64,000 bases of DNA from Setoptus koraiensis (lineage: Eukaryota; Animalia; Arthropoda), in contig CM106585.1 in NCBI GenBank assembly GCA_048013815.1, positions 9,486,001 to 9,550,000 on the forward strand. Direction: 5' to 3'. The notes beneath the pieces were generated by a model. That model was not told where the DNA came from and did not search any database. It saw nothing but the letters and a program-made list of their open reading frames with translations. This document shows positions 35,269 through 47,300 of the stretch, in pieces; position 1 is the first letter of the stretch, and each line of letters begins with the position of its first letter. The translations under genes and the position numbers were made by a program.

Positions 35269-36450
35269 TTATGAGTCGGACGTTATTCCGCAACTGGGTG
35301 ATCCAAGTTCACGAAGTCTTGTGTCTAAGTACGCTAATGGCTCATACAGAACTATATCCAACCAACAAGGTGTGGATGTGACCTCTTGGCGAGAATATTG
35401 AGAATTACCCCAACCTTTTACAAAACTCATCCTAATAGAACAAAATGAAATGAGTGATTGGACTCTTTCGTAGGTGTTTGATGTTCGCACAAATTCCTCA
35501 AAATATTTAAAGTCGAATATCTTGAGACGATTGTTGGGCGCCATTCTGAATACATTTTGAGGCGGATAACTGAATTCGAGGTTTAGATTTCTAGATTGAA
35601 TAAAAACTGGCCCGAAGGACAAATTCTCAGCCCAAATCTCATTATCTTTCCTCTCCAGCCTAACTCCCTTTCCAATCGCTTTTCTTGTTGACTCTATAAC
35701 ACTGTTTCTGTTGATATTTGACAATGATCCAAGTGGAAATCTTTGATTAAGATTAGTAAGGTCACACGAGCCGTCAATCGTTACTGCGGATGAGCTTGCT
35801 GTGAATGGTTCACCAACACGTGAGTTGAGCTCCCAGTAGGTGATTCTACACCAGGCATTGCGATTTTGTGGAATTTCTATAACGTTTGGCACAAGTTGAT
35901 GGAATGGAACTGTCTGGTCCATTGGTGCGTCTTGATAGTAGCCTGGCGGAGGTGTTTGTGATTCAAATGATTGCGACGACAGAAAAGATGACGATTGCGG
36001 TCCATTCGATACGCTGGGTGTGAGCACGGGCGGATAAACAGGATGGTCCACTCTTATATAGTGATATGGATTGATGCAAATCTTTGTCAGTTTCTGATGG
36101 CCGGGATATTTACAATTATCCACAGACTTGAGTTCTTGATGTGTCTGTAGGTCGGGCCAACGCGCTATCCGGCAACACATAACATGGGGCAACATTTTCC
36201 TATGTGACACTTGTAGCCGACCATCTTGTGATCTGTCCAAGGTAACGCATTGAGTGTTGGGGCTTTTCTGTTCCAGGGCGACATAGAAGAATGCCTCGTA
36301 GGAGCCGTCGTTTTTCTTCTTTAATTTTTTTTCCAGCGTCAGAAAGGCGCGACTCTTCCAGGTGCCGTCCTCGTCTCCTTGTCTCCATCTCAGTATTTTG
36401 CTCAGTACTGAGCCAGCAAAGGGGAAAAGGCCATTCTGTGACGACGACAT
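35269..36450 (-). CDS. R-Smad, Mad/Smad1-like paralogue B, intronless
   Basis: MH1 is nearly identical to paralogue A; TPPPGYY linker; MH2 SFVKGWGNSQYSRQEVTSTPCW; ends TSDS. Confidence 0.93.
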   Translation of the reverse strand: MSSSQNGLFPFAGSVLSKILRWRQGDEDGTWKSRAFLTLEKKLKKKNDGSYEAFFYVALEQKSPNTQCVTLDRSQDGRLQVSHRKMLPHVMCCRIARWPDLQTHQELKSVDNCKYPGHQKLTKICINPYHYIRVDHPVYPPVLTPSVSNGPQSSSFLSSQSFESQTPPPGYYQDAPMDQTVPFHQLVPNVIEIPQNRNAWCRITYWELNSRVGEPFTASSSAVTIDGSCDLTNLNQRFPLGSLSNINRNSVIESTRKAIGKGVRLERKDNEIWAENLSFGPVFIQSRNLNLEFSYPPQNVFRMAPNNRLKIFDFKYFEEFVRTSNTYERVQSLISFCSIRMSFVKGWGNSQYSRQEVTSTPCWLDIVLYEPLAYLDTRLRELGSPSCGITSDS

Positions 36451-36604
36451 GATGAGATAAATAAATTGCGAATGGTAATATGGATGAGATTGTGATGTAA
36501 CCAGTGATGAACCAGTACACTATAGTAGGTGATAATATTCAATTAGATGACCGAAATATTGAGTTGGATGACCATAATTGTAGTTGGATATTACAATTAA
36601 TGTT

Positions 36605-36940
36605 GAACAATGGCATATATCAGAAGTATTTACAATATAAAATATACAATACGTGAGTTTGCGCAAAGTGCACCAGCACAAAAATGTGCTTGTTTGTGTG
36701 TCTCAGTCTCTCGCTCAAATGTATGGGTGTGTGCGTCCATCTATGCACAGAGAGAATAGCTCTCACAAGTGCGATCGTACACCCAGTACAATTGTTGCTG
36801 CTGATAATGATCTGCAGCACTCACCAAGAGGGGGACAGCACTTGTAGAGCGGGGGGACAAACAAAGACTGAATCGAACCGCAAGAACAATGTTCGTCGAT
36901 CGGTATGTGTTTGTGCGCAAAACAGCCAATGATAGCGCCT
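36605..36940. repeat. Duplicated 5-prime flank of Smad B (paralogous to 32395-32795)
   Basis: Collinear alignment by eye, including the 34-nt identical run. Confidence 0.9.
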
Positions 36941-37392
36941 CAATTACGCATCAAGAGCCAATATCCATCGACAATTGCAAATATTCTGGTAACCAAAGAT
37001 TGATAGTGGTCTGCATCAATTGATATCACTGTAAAAAAGTAGACTTTATCACCTGGGATACCGAATACACCAATCTGTTCTCTGCCATTTACTATGAGCC
37101 ACTCGTTGGAAAAAGTGCATGAGATTTGCGAATTATTGTGCTCTATAGCATGATTGTTACACTTGTGGTGTCAAGGGATTGTTGGTACTGGCGTGCGCCA
37201 TTACCAACAATTACGCAATTTAGATAATAGAACTTTAGACGCCAGTTGATTAGAGGATGTTTGAAACGATACAAGTTGACTAGTGTTCTGCATCGCATAA
37301 CAATAATCTCAAATCAATAACAGCAATAGATATCATTATCACAACTCCATACTTGTTTTTATTTACTGAAACAATCATCACAAACTTTAGTT

Positions 37393-37671
37393 TTAAGTGT
37401 CCGCTATGGGTGAGATCAATATGATACCATCTCCGCGAACGAAAATTAGTGGAATCTCTTTCTCAATTTCTATGAAGACATTTTCATCAGTAGCTCCATC
37501 GATCTCAACTGATGTATAAGTTTCCTTAACCTGTCCCATTACCATATTTAAGTGTGGGTCGTACGCATGTAATCTTCCTCTTAGTTCACGGTCGTTTCTT
37601 AATTTCACTTTGATATTCTTGTCGATGCTTAGCTTGATAAGATCAAGTGGTTGTTCAATCGTTGGTAGCAT
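37393..37671 (-). CDS. LSM3: U6 snRNA-associated Sm-like protein LSm3
   Basis: [44 protein letters not shown]. Confidence 0.93.
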   Translation of the reverse strand: MLPTIEQPLDLIKLSIDKNIKVKLRNDRELRGRLHAYDPHLNMVMGQVKETYTSVEIDGATDENVFIEIEKEIPLIFVRGDGIILISPIADT

Positions 37672-38039
37672 GATTGGTTTTTTTATATGTTGTAGCAGTA
37701 TTGATTTGTTGTTTGTGTATTGGTAAATTTTTGAGGAAAGTTGTTTGGACAGTACCTAAAGGGTCACTAAAGAGTTATAACCTGCGATACAAGCCAAGTT
37801 CCGCTCTCGGACACGGCATGAGCGTGTCTAGGTGAAAGAGTTGACCTGCTCTGATTGCGAAAGCGCTAAATTCGTAATCGCCAAAAGATAATTTTAACAT
37901 GGGGAACTAATGAGGGACTGGGTAGAACATTTTCGAGATAACAACTCTAAAGAACGCACAGCAAATATTTAATCAAGAAATCATACGTTACAGGGGTTTA
38001 ATTAACAATATCTAATGATTATAATTTGATAGGCAACCT

Positions 38040-39631
38040 CTAAACTCTGAGCCAGTACATGCTCGATCTTATACGACTGTAATCTGTCAAATTTTCGATC
38101 GGCCCCACGGCCGCAACTGCTGGGCATCGATCATAAATGTACTGACCGCAAACATCTCTCACAACCTTTGCGTTAACAGCATCAATACGGGCTTCAAGTT
38201 CGCTCAAAGGTATACGTCTTCCGTAAGTTAGTACTTGACGGCCAATATCTTCACAGATAGGTGTAGAGCCATCGAGTTGCAAAAACAAATTGGTTTTCAA
38301 TTCGTTCTTGGCGCGCTGGACCTCAGCATCTCCAACTGTATTACAAAGGTGCATCCAAGCATTAGTCAAATAGTGTATAAAGTCCTCTTGGTGCATTTTG
38401 TCTGCAATGAAATAGCAGCCCCAAAGGCCAGTATCAGTATAGCAGGTGTTGAATGACTGGTAGCTATATATACCGGATGAACTAGCGCAAGTTGCGGCTA
38501 ATTTGTTGGCTGAGTGCACACCAGCCCCATGTGAACGATCCCACGATCCGACTATTATGTTGGCTACCATAAGTGGAATATTATCTGGATTTTGCCAACC
38601 AGGACCCTCTATGGCGACAGCACAGTGTGCCAGTGGCATCGAGTCATCACGAACACGCAAGTCACTGCCAGTAAATCGACATGGCTGCTCTGCATCAGGG
38701 ATTTCCACTTCATCATATTTGTTTGACAATTTAGAGAAGTATTTGTTTCCAAGTTCAACCAGCTTATCGTGATTGATTCCACCGGCTCCGGCTAAGACCA
38801 TTCTAACAGGTTTATAGTGAGTGTTGATATATTCAACTAGATGCTTTCTCGATATAGTCTTGATGTTTTTAGTTGGACCAAGTATGGTCATTCCAAGGGG
38901 TGTGCCTTGGAAAGCGGTCGTGTGCAAATGGTCAAAAACGACCTCTTGTAAGTTATGCTCAACTTCTTGCATTTCCCTTAGAATAACTCCTCTCTCCCGT
39001 TCTATTTCTTGTTCACCTAATTTGCTGTTCAATAGAATATCCGATAGAATCTCCACTGCTTTTTCTACATCTTTCGATAAACATTTGGCATAATAAACAG
39101 TTTGTTCTCTTGAAGTGTAGGCATTCACGTGGGCTCCCATATTCTCAATTTCGAGCTCTTGATAAGTATCGAAGTAGGTTAATGAGAGTTGAAAAATTAA
39201 ATTGTAATGCTAAAGTTATTTGATAAAAATCACAATCACCAGAGAGAATAGTTAGATTACAGAAGAATATGCTTACCGAGCTGAGTTTGCGATCTTTTAG
39301 TGGTGCCCTTGAATGCCATGTGCTCAAGAAAATGAGCAACACCATTTGTCTCGGGTTTTTCGTATCGTGATCCAGCATCGATCCACACTCCCACTGTGCA
39401 TGTTTCGATGCCAGAATCCTCGGTTGCTACTCTCATACCATTATCCAATTCAGTTAGGTGGGTCTCTGGGACGTTTAAAATAGTTTTAGCATGTGTTGCA
39501 GTAGCCAACTGAGAGGACTGATTCTGAGGTCGTCCAACAAACGTAATCTGTCGCGAAGATTGAATTCGACGGTTCCCCAGACATGGTCGCAGGATCTGTC
39601 TAAATTGATTTATCGCTCTAATATTGATCAT
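38040..39631 (-). CDS. PMPCB: Mitochondrial processing peptidase beta subunit (M16B); intron 39158-39276
   Basis: Arg-rich presequence. Intact HFLEH zinc motif and ILREMQE. The splice gives [22 protein letters not shown]; ends SSMYWLRV. Confidence 0.93.
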
Positions 39632-40151
39632 GATGAGGTATCTCTCCTATCGAGTTTTCTCTTTATAGTATCCACGCCCTAACCTCTCGACTATATATTG
39701 ATGCCTAACAAATTGAATTATCTAATAAGATATGAGGGGGTCCGATTTACTTAAGATAGTTAACTAAAAGATGCTGATTGTAATTTTCTCCACATCCATT
39801 TTCCAGAACTAGAGTCGATTGTATATTATTGAGATTTTGAGTGAGGCTCAAGTGCATTCGCAATGTCAATATGAGCTCCTTACTGTGCATGTGTACTTTT
39901 TGATGTGAGATTGTGGCGCTCAACAGAACTATTGCAAAAAACCAAGCATGATTTATCCGGCACAGTATGAAAATGGCGCTTCAAAAGTGGCTGCCTGCAG
40001 CATGAATCTTTCATAACAAACAGATGCGGGTCGGTGCACGATGAAATGCACGTTTTAACAGTCCATGTTTTGATAAACGTCTTTTGTCGAAAAAGTTTCA
40101 TTGATCTCATGAGATATATGACCATCATAAGTGTAATATATAAAAGATATC

Positions 40152-40403
40152 ATGTCTCGTCTTGACACTTTAGCTCTTTATAGAGCATTGTTGAGAGAAT
40201 CGAAGAAATTTCACTCTTATTATTATAGGAATTACGCATTGCGCAAGATCAAACACGAGTTCAGAATTAAGAGAACATTGACGGATCAAGACGAAATCGC
40301 CAAGCAATTGGCAAAAGGGAAGGAGAATTTGGAAATAATCAAGAGGCAGGTGGTATTGAATGATTTATACAAAGGAGACTGTCTTATTGTAGAAAAAAGT
40401 TAA
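40152..40403 (+). CDS. LYRM4: LYR-motif protein 4 (Isd11, Fe-S cluster assembly)
   Basis: LALYRALLRESKKF, YRNYALRKIKHEFR, LEIIKRQV. Confidence 0.92.
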   Translation: MSRLDTLALYRALLRESKKFHSYYYRNYALRKIKHEFRIKRTLTDQDEIAKQLAKGKENLEIIKRQVVLNDLYKGDCLIVEKS

Positions 40404-40555
40404 TTGACAGTTGCTACTTTCTTGTCCAAGTGCAGATAGTTCATAGTTATCAATAAATAGAATTCGGCGGTAGAGTCTGATACTTTAAGTGACTCTAATC
40501 GATTTTATTAAAGAGATCTGACGGGCAGTTGGTTACAATTTAACTGGGTTCTGGT

Positions 40556-40816
40556 TTACAAGTCGTTCAATGGCCTCACTTTGTCCGGTCTCTTCCGTAG
40601 CAACTTTCTAGTGCAAGGCGAAAATATGTGATCAGTTGGAGAATTCACAGCGAAGGTCCTACTGGCCTTGCTTCGTTTAACTACTGCTGGTGTTGGACAT
40701 GTCATATTCTTTATTTTCTCCTCTGTTTGTTCATGCTTAAGACTTTGGTCAGCCTCGAGCTCGGCCTTGAGGTCTCCATCGTTTTCGGGTAGTTCCTCTT
40801 TGCTTGGCGAAGACAT
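40556..40816 (-). CDS. Small protein with a Spo12-family motif
   Basis: SPTDHIFSPCTRKL has the same spacing as the yeast Spo12 conserved motif (SPTDRLVSPCSLKL, recalled from memory). An upstream exon is possible (CCCCAG acceptor near 40863). Confidence 0.6.
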   Translation of the reverse strand: MSSPSKEELPENDGDLKAELEADQSLKHEQTEEKIKNMTCPTPAVVKRSKASRTFAVNSPTDHIFSPCTRKLLRKRPDKVRPLNDL

Positions 40817-41374
40817 TTTTGGTTGCTTGATAATATGGATTGGCGAGGTCTCTTCAATATCTGGGGATACCCGTTTGGTTGTTGTCGTTGCTGGTATGTA
40901 TTGTTGGTTGGATTGAAATTAAATCGAATGTTTGACACTAGTGCTGATACTGATGATAAAGAAAATATGATAAAGTGATTCTTGTGCACTCCAAAAAATA
41001 CTGTGTGCTGTTGAGAAGGACGAAATCACAAAAGCAACTGAACTTCGATCTCTCTCTCTCAGACAGGCCAAACTCACAATTCTTCTTTCCCCCGTCCACC
41101 GCTAAAAAGTTGACTGTCTGTCCCCAGCTGTACGATCGTCTAGTTTGTGTGTGCGTTTCATGTTTGAGTCCGTTTGTTGTTTTGTTCATGGCAGTGTTTG
41201 CTCAAATGAAAACATTATGTGGTCTCACAGTGTCAACCTTTTATTGAAAAATAATAAAAATAAAAAAGCCACGAATAACATGTGATTTACAACTACGAAG
41301 CAGATTTAATCAGATTGAACTTCGCATCAGAACAAAAGTACAGTAGCCACAAATAAACAAATAAATTCGATACC

Positions 41375-42741
41375 ATGGTAGACTCAAGAAGCAAATCATC
41401 CTCCGGGAGATATTATAGTGGAAATAACCCCAACCATCGAGCTAGATCTAATTACGACAGAGCCCATTCGAGACTTAATTCACGTTACAGATCCGAGGAC
41501 GATTTTGATTCGGTCATTTCGCCATGTGTAAAATATTCTCTATTTTTCTTCAATTTTATATTTTGGGTGAGTTAGATTACATTCTATCTACACACTACTA
41601 TCTACACATTCTACCTTTAATACAACCTTTCAATCTGATATTATTGACTAAACTATAAATTGATATCTCGTCTTGTGTTCACTATACAAACAATAGTTGA
41701 TTGGATGTGTCATGATTGGTTTAGGATGTTGGTCTTTCTCTGAGGAAGTTCTCGAGTTTGGTTATACGCACCTACCAAAAGTCTCCAATATTATTCATCT
41801 AGTTTTGCACATATCACTGGCGATGATTATTGTGGGTGGAATTATTTTCCTCATGAGCTTTGCCGGTTGCCTCGGAGCTTTGCGTGAAAATATATGTCTC
41901 CTCAAATTCGTAAGTTATTTGGTCTAGAATATCCCTGCAAGATGTTTAATGGAAACTGATTTTATAATCGTATCAAACAAAACTACCCTCCCATTGAAAA
42001 TACTCTTCCCCAGTATTCCTTCATGCTTCTTTTCCTATTCATAGCAGAAGTCATCCTGTCAACAGTAGCTTTCGTCTTTCCGGGCTCATTTCTAGCCTAT
42101 TTCAAAGAAGGCCTAACGAAAGATTTAGTGATGAGGTATAGAGAGGATACAAATCTTCAGAACCTGATTGATAGTATGCACACCGGACTCAAATGTTGTG
42201 GAATTTCTGATAAAGGTTATAAAGATTGGTCGCAAAATATCTACTTCAACTGTTCAGCAACCAACCCAAGTCCAGAAAGGTGTGGTGTACCCTACAGCTG
42301 CTGTCGGAACGCTAAAAACCTAGATGTATGTATACGAGTCGTCTCCTCCAACAAATCTCCTTGTACTACTCTGAGAGTTAGTTGTATAACGTTTTTTTTT
42401 CTAATTCTTTACAGAGTGGTCTAATCAATGTTATGTGTGGTAACGGTATACAAAATATAAGCTCCGTTGTGGAAGTTAGCAAATTCATATACACACGGGG
42501 ATGTATCGAAGCCTTCACAGAAATCTTTGAGAGAAACATGAATCTTGCAGCAGCTTTATGTCTAGCTTGTGCCTTTGTACAACTTTTCGCCATGTTCCTC
42601 GCTAGGTCATTACAAGGTAACTAAACTTTCTGGATTTTTCACTATATCTAGAAATCTGATTATGGAATAGATCAACTTATTAAAATACAAATCTCTTATA
42701 ATACAGGCCAAATTTATTCGCAGCGGGCACGTTGGATGTGA
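41375..42741 (+). CDS. Tetraspanin, TspanC8 subfamily (TSPAN5/17/33-like); exons 41375-41566, 41697-41909, 42014-42325, 42415-42616, 42707-42741
   Basis: CVKYSLFFFNFIFW, FAGCLGALRENICLLKF, CCG, WSQNIYFNCS, ERCGVPYSCC and YTRGC. Four GT-AG introns. Confidence 0.92.
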
Positions 42742-42846
42742 AAAACTAGACAACTGCATTTCTGTATGATACTCAGATGAAGGCGACACAAAATTAAAAT
42801 ATGGCGATTTACAGGTCAGATGAATAGTTCCTCTGAAACGCCTTTA

Positions 42847-43442
42847 ATGTCCAACTATCACACACTGGTATTCTTTTTATTATCTTGTGGATCCATGTGG
42901 CCACCGTATCGAATATAAGTTTTGCCACTATAGATTCATTTAGGAAGAGGCATTTCTTCAGGTTACCCTGGCGATGCAGAATGTAATAGCCAATGAGATT
43001 GCAAAACCGCTCCAATTAATCATTGATGAACGGAACAAACAATCGAACAATCAGAAAGTGATGATCCAAGGATGCTCATTTCACGTGGAAAACTGTTCAA
43101 TTATATTTTTTGTAAATGACGATCCACCGGTTTCTACCAAAGAAACCTGACACTGTGCTGTTCTCTGTCAAAACTAGCGATCTCGATGAATTCAAACTAC
43201 AAATCAGTAGTTGAATTTATCAATTAATGAATCGGCTGTGCTGTCCATATTCAGCTTTATACACTTACTGAGTTTATTATCCGTCAATCATAAATTCAAA
43301 TTCAGCTAACTACTGAGTTATTGAATGGTATATCATCAGCATGATTTCTGCTTTAGAATTCCGAAGTTTATACCATTCCTTTTAATAAAATTTGGCAGCT
43401 CTTCTGTCCATTGTAATGTACCGTTTTCTGTTCTTTAGAGTT
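42847..43442 (+). pseudogene. Collinear mosaic of decayed fragments of ABCA, TMEM161 and the UROS 3-prime end
   Basis: Matches in order to 47257-47615, 50876-51095 (29-nt identical run 43159-43187 = 50896-50924) and 56632-56760 (26-nt identical run 43319-43344 = 56640-56665). Confidence 0.9.
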
Positions 43443-44349
43443 ATCGGTGTTGATCAGGTTATGAGAATCCAAATATTTTTGATGAAATGATGAATTAGAA
43501 AAGGGCCATCCCGACCATCATGCTTATTTTTTTAGAATAGTTCAATTCTATTACAAGAAATTGGACAGATTTTCAGGATGTCAATGAACCGGAACAAACC
43601 AAAGTCCGGTTTTCTCTGAATTCTAAGCACATACCTCTACCTCATTCTACCACCCTTGTATTCAGCAATGATTGCCAAGCCGTTAACCGATCTGGCTATG
43701 GTCTCTTCTTGAGATTGGTATTACTGCCAGTCAAAACAATGTCAGGCTCAAACTACTACTTGTAAGCAACTTTAATATGAGATCAAACAGATAATGCGTT
43801 GGCAGATATGTTTGCTAACTGATCGAGCACATAATCAGTTGCATATACCTAATCTCGGTAGTTGAACCAACAACTTAGGCAAGCACCAGTGAAAAAAAAA
43901 AGGAACCGAATCATCAGTTTACCAATGCTTGTTCTATCATCCAATAAACTAATCAATCTGTACATCGATCCAATAGCGATAGCTCCAATGGTTATTGGGA
44001 CATGATTTGTCTTATCTCTTGGCTTGTGGTAGCCATGAGAAGTGGCAATTAAGTAGCATTTGTGCTCAGTGAACAGATTGATGCTCTGTTGTTGTTTCAA
44101 TCGGCTCCCGTACGAAATATTGGGATGGTGATCAGATAATTGATGATTGAAGGGGTGCCTCAATGTTGCCATATCAACTGCCTGTGACTCATCTGGCTAG
44201 CATGCGACAAACATCCGCCTTGACTTCGATCGTGGGCGACGTGATTATATATGTATGATCTACTCATGATTTCATTTTCAACTCACATTGCCACCGAATA
44301 TTAGTCGCTGCGAATAGTCTTGATTAGGCCGTAGAATTGTGAAGCAGAA

Positions 44350-47300
44350 ATGGCTTCGGATCAGTGCAACTCAAGCAAAGTCGCCAATCCTGATACAAAT
44401 GTATTCTGGTCACAATACAAGATACTATTGTGGAAATTGATTGTCACAGCAAAACGATCCTACCAAAAAACCTTATTCAGTGCACTGAGCCCTCTGGCTG
44501 TGATTCTATGTTTCCGATGGACATTCTACAATCCGCTAGAGCCGCCAAACACTTGTTACACAATGGTGGTGATACCCCCATTTATAACTTTGGACATTTT
44601 CACTTCATTTGGTTATTTACTTCACATTAGTATGATTGTGAGCCGACTGGCCGGGGAGCACTATCATCAACAACAAACACTGCTATTTGTGATGGGCTCC
44701 AAGAGATCTGCCTACTATTTGGCAAATATTTCATTCGATTTAGTTCACACAACATTATTGGCACTCTACATGGCTGTTGGATTGCGCTACATAATATTGA
44801 TTTGTTCTTCGTTGAGCCTCATTGTGCTCACTTACCTGTTGCACGGAATTCAATCAGTAGCCTTCTCCTATTTTCTTAGTATGTTCAGGTGCAAAAGAGG
44901 CGATTCACCTACGCAACCATCAACATTGATCACATTGAGCATACTTATCTGGTTCATCAGCAAAACGATAAGAGTGGCTGCCGAGTTTGAATTGGGTGTA
45001 CCAAGCGACGATTGGGTGCATGTAGTAAGCTTCATTAATTGCATGCTACCCCAGACTGCACTGTTTCAAATTAATCCAGCTATAGTAGGTAATCCTGACC
45101 TATCACTGGCAAAAGTATTTCGGCTTACCCACCGACGCTCTCTACCGGTAGGTTATATTTGGCTATCGATGATATTCTCATCTGTTTTCTTCATAATGGG
45201 CTCTTGGTACTCAATTCTTAGTTCTGGAGTTGGCTCCAATGTACACGATTGCGCCTTACGCCAATGTACAACTAAGATAGGCCGATGCCTGAAGAAGACA
45301 TTTGCCTCGATTTGTTCGTTCTGCTCTTCTACGGAGCCAACACTGGACCCTGGCAGGGTGGAAAGTGATGGATCTTCAGCAGAGAGAGGAGTTAGAGATT
45401 TACTTGAAATATTTCACTCGGGATGCCTACAAGAGCCCGAACCCATCGGACAATTGGAGCCAGGTATAACAATCAGGGGAGTAACAAAATATTATGACAG
45501 AACAGAGCCGCCTGTTGTCGACAATTTGTCACTGACCGTTTACAAAGGCCAGACTACTATCTTGTTGGGACACAATGGTGCGGGCAAGACAACTCTCATG
45601 AAAATGATAATTGGCTTGCTGGATTTTGATGAAGGCTCGGTAACAATATCAGGTGGTCACAGTATCCAGAGTCAGCGTCAATTGGCGCGTCTATCGCTAG
45701 GATACTGTCCTCAGATGAGTATCACCTTCGATAACATGACTGTAGAAGAGCATCTGAGACTGTTCTGTGGCATAAAAGGTATCACAGAATCTGAGCTGAT
45801 CAAAACAACATGCCAATCTGTATTAGCTGGGGTTAAACTGAGCGAAAAGAGTGACAATTTAGTTAGCGAACTCTCAGGTGGGATGGTGCGAAAATTGAGC
45901 TTGGCCATCGCTCTGATAGGCAGAAAACAACAGGTTCTTGTATTAGACGAACCGAGCTCTGGTTTAGATCCAGAATCGCGCGAATCTATTTGGCAAATTG
46001 TTCAGCATTATGGCCAACAAAGGGCAATATTGATCACTACCCAGCACATGGAGGAAGCAGATAACCTTGGGGATCGTATAGCTATAATGTCACGCGGAAA
46101 AATTGTTTGTTCGGGATCAGGTGTGTTTCTCAAGGAACGATTCGGAAGTGGTTACGTTGTTCGTTTAGGGCTCAAAGATGACATTAAAAAAGAGACTCGG
46201 GAGAAAATTTTAGGATTCATGAGAGAGGCTCTGGCTAGTTCATCGCGATACCAACAGATCAACAACAGAGACGAGGAGTTGAGACAAAAATTACACACCA
46301 TAGTCAAACAGATTACTCTGAGAGACACTGGCCTCGTAACGACAGGTGATGGACTTGAAAATTCATCGTTGAATGATGACACTCTTGACATGATCTTGCC
46401 AATTGAAGCTCTCGAAAAGCTGGAGAACAGTGAGTTACTTGCCGGGATTGATTATGAGGGTTTCTTCAAACAACTCGAGAAGAATCAGGTCACTTTGGGA
46501 ATTGAATCGTTTGGAATCACCAGCTCATCTATGGAGGATGTTTTTAACAATATAAGCTCTATGGCCAATAAATTGCCTGCTAATTACAATATAGATGAAA
46601 GCAGACGAGCGAGGGCTTCTCAGAAGAGCAACAGAGAATCTTTGAAGAAGGACTTGAATTTCAGCATGGAGCATTACCGGTATAAAGATAGTGATAGAGA
46701 CAGATCAAGTGTTAATTGGAAACACATCAAAGCCACAATCTTAAGGCATTTGATTATTTTGAGAAACACTTGGCAATCATATCTGGCAATGAGATTCTTC
46801 TATTTCGTATTGGTCTACATGTTGGTTGTGGTGCTAACCCGCGTCCGAGTTAGACCACATCCAATATTGCGCAAGAAGATAGTCACTTACACTATATACA
46901 CCTGTGTTCCGTTTATTTTGCCCTTCATGGTGTCGCATTATGTTCAATTGTCCAACAAAGACAAAAGGCAAGACGGAAGCAAATTTATACAACATATGAT
47001 GGGACTGCACCCCGCAATCTACTGGTCGGTGCAATATTTTTACGACTCTTTCAGCATGATACTCAATGGACTAATACTTGTTGTAACGATATGGTTCTTC
47101 GATTTTACGGAACCATTTTTTGATATTGACTTCACGTCGAGCATCAACATTTGGCTCTCATTTGCTATTCTAGTTATGCTATTCTCATCTGGTTCCGCCC
47201 TTCTCAGTTACTCAATATCTGGATATTTTTCAACGCCATCTGGGGCAGTTATGGCTATGTCCATCTATCACACATTGGCATTCTTTTTGTCTTGTGGAGC

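Noticed and set aside
37733-37950. GAGGAAAGT..GGAC suggested RNase P/MRP CR-I
   Set aside because: The possible P4 lacks the conserved bulged U and no convincing GARAR loop or CR-IV was found. Kept only as an unassigned structured candidate.
39880-40128. 82-aa minus-strand ORF between PMPCB and LYRM4
   Set aside because: No motif; it lies in a shared divergent promoter region and is likely spurious.
43450-44170. Possible continuation of the ghost duplication, and ORF 43849-44172
   Set aside because: I found no convincing match elsewhere in the window; this needs a genome-wide search.
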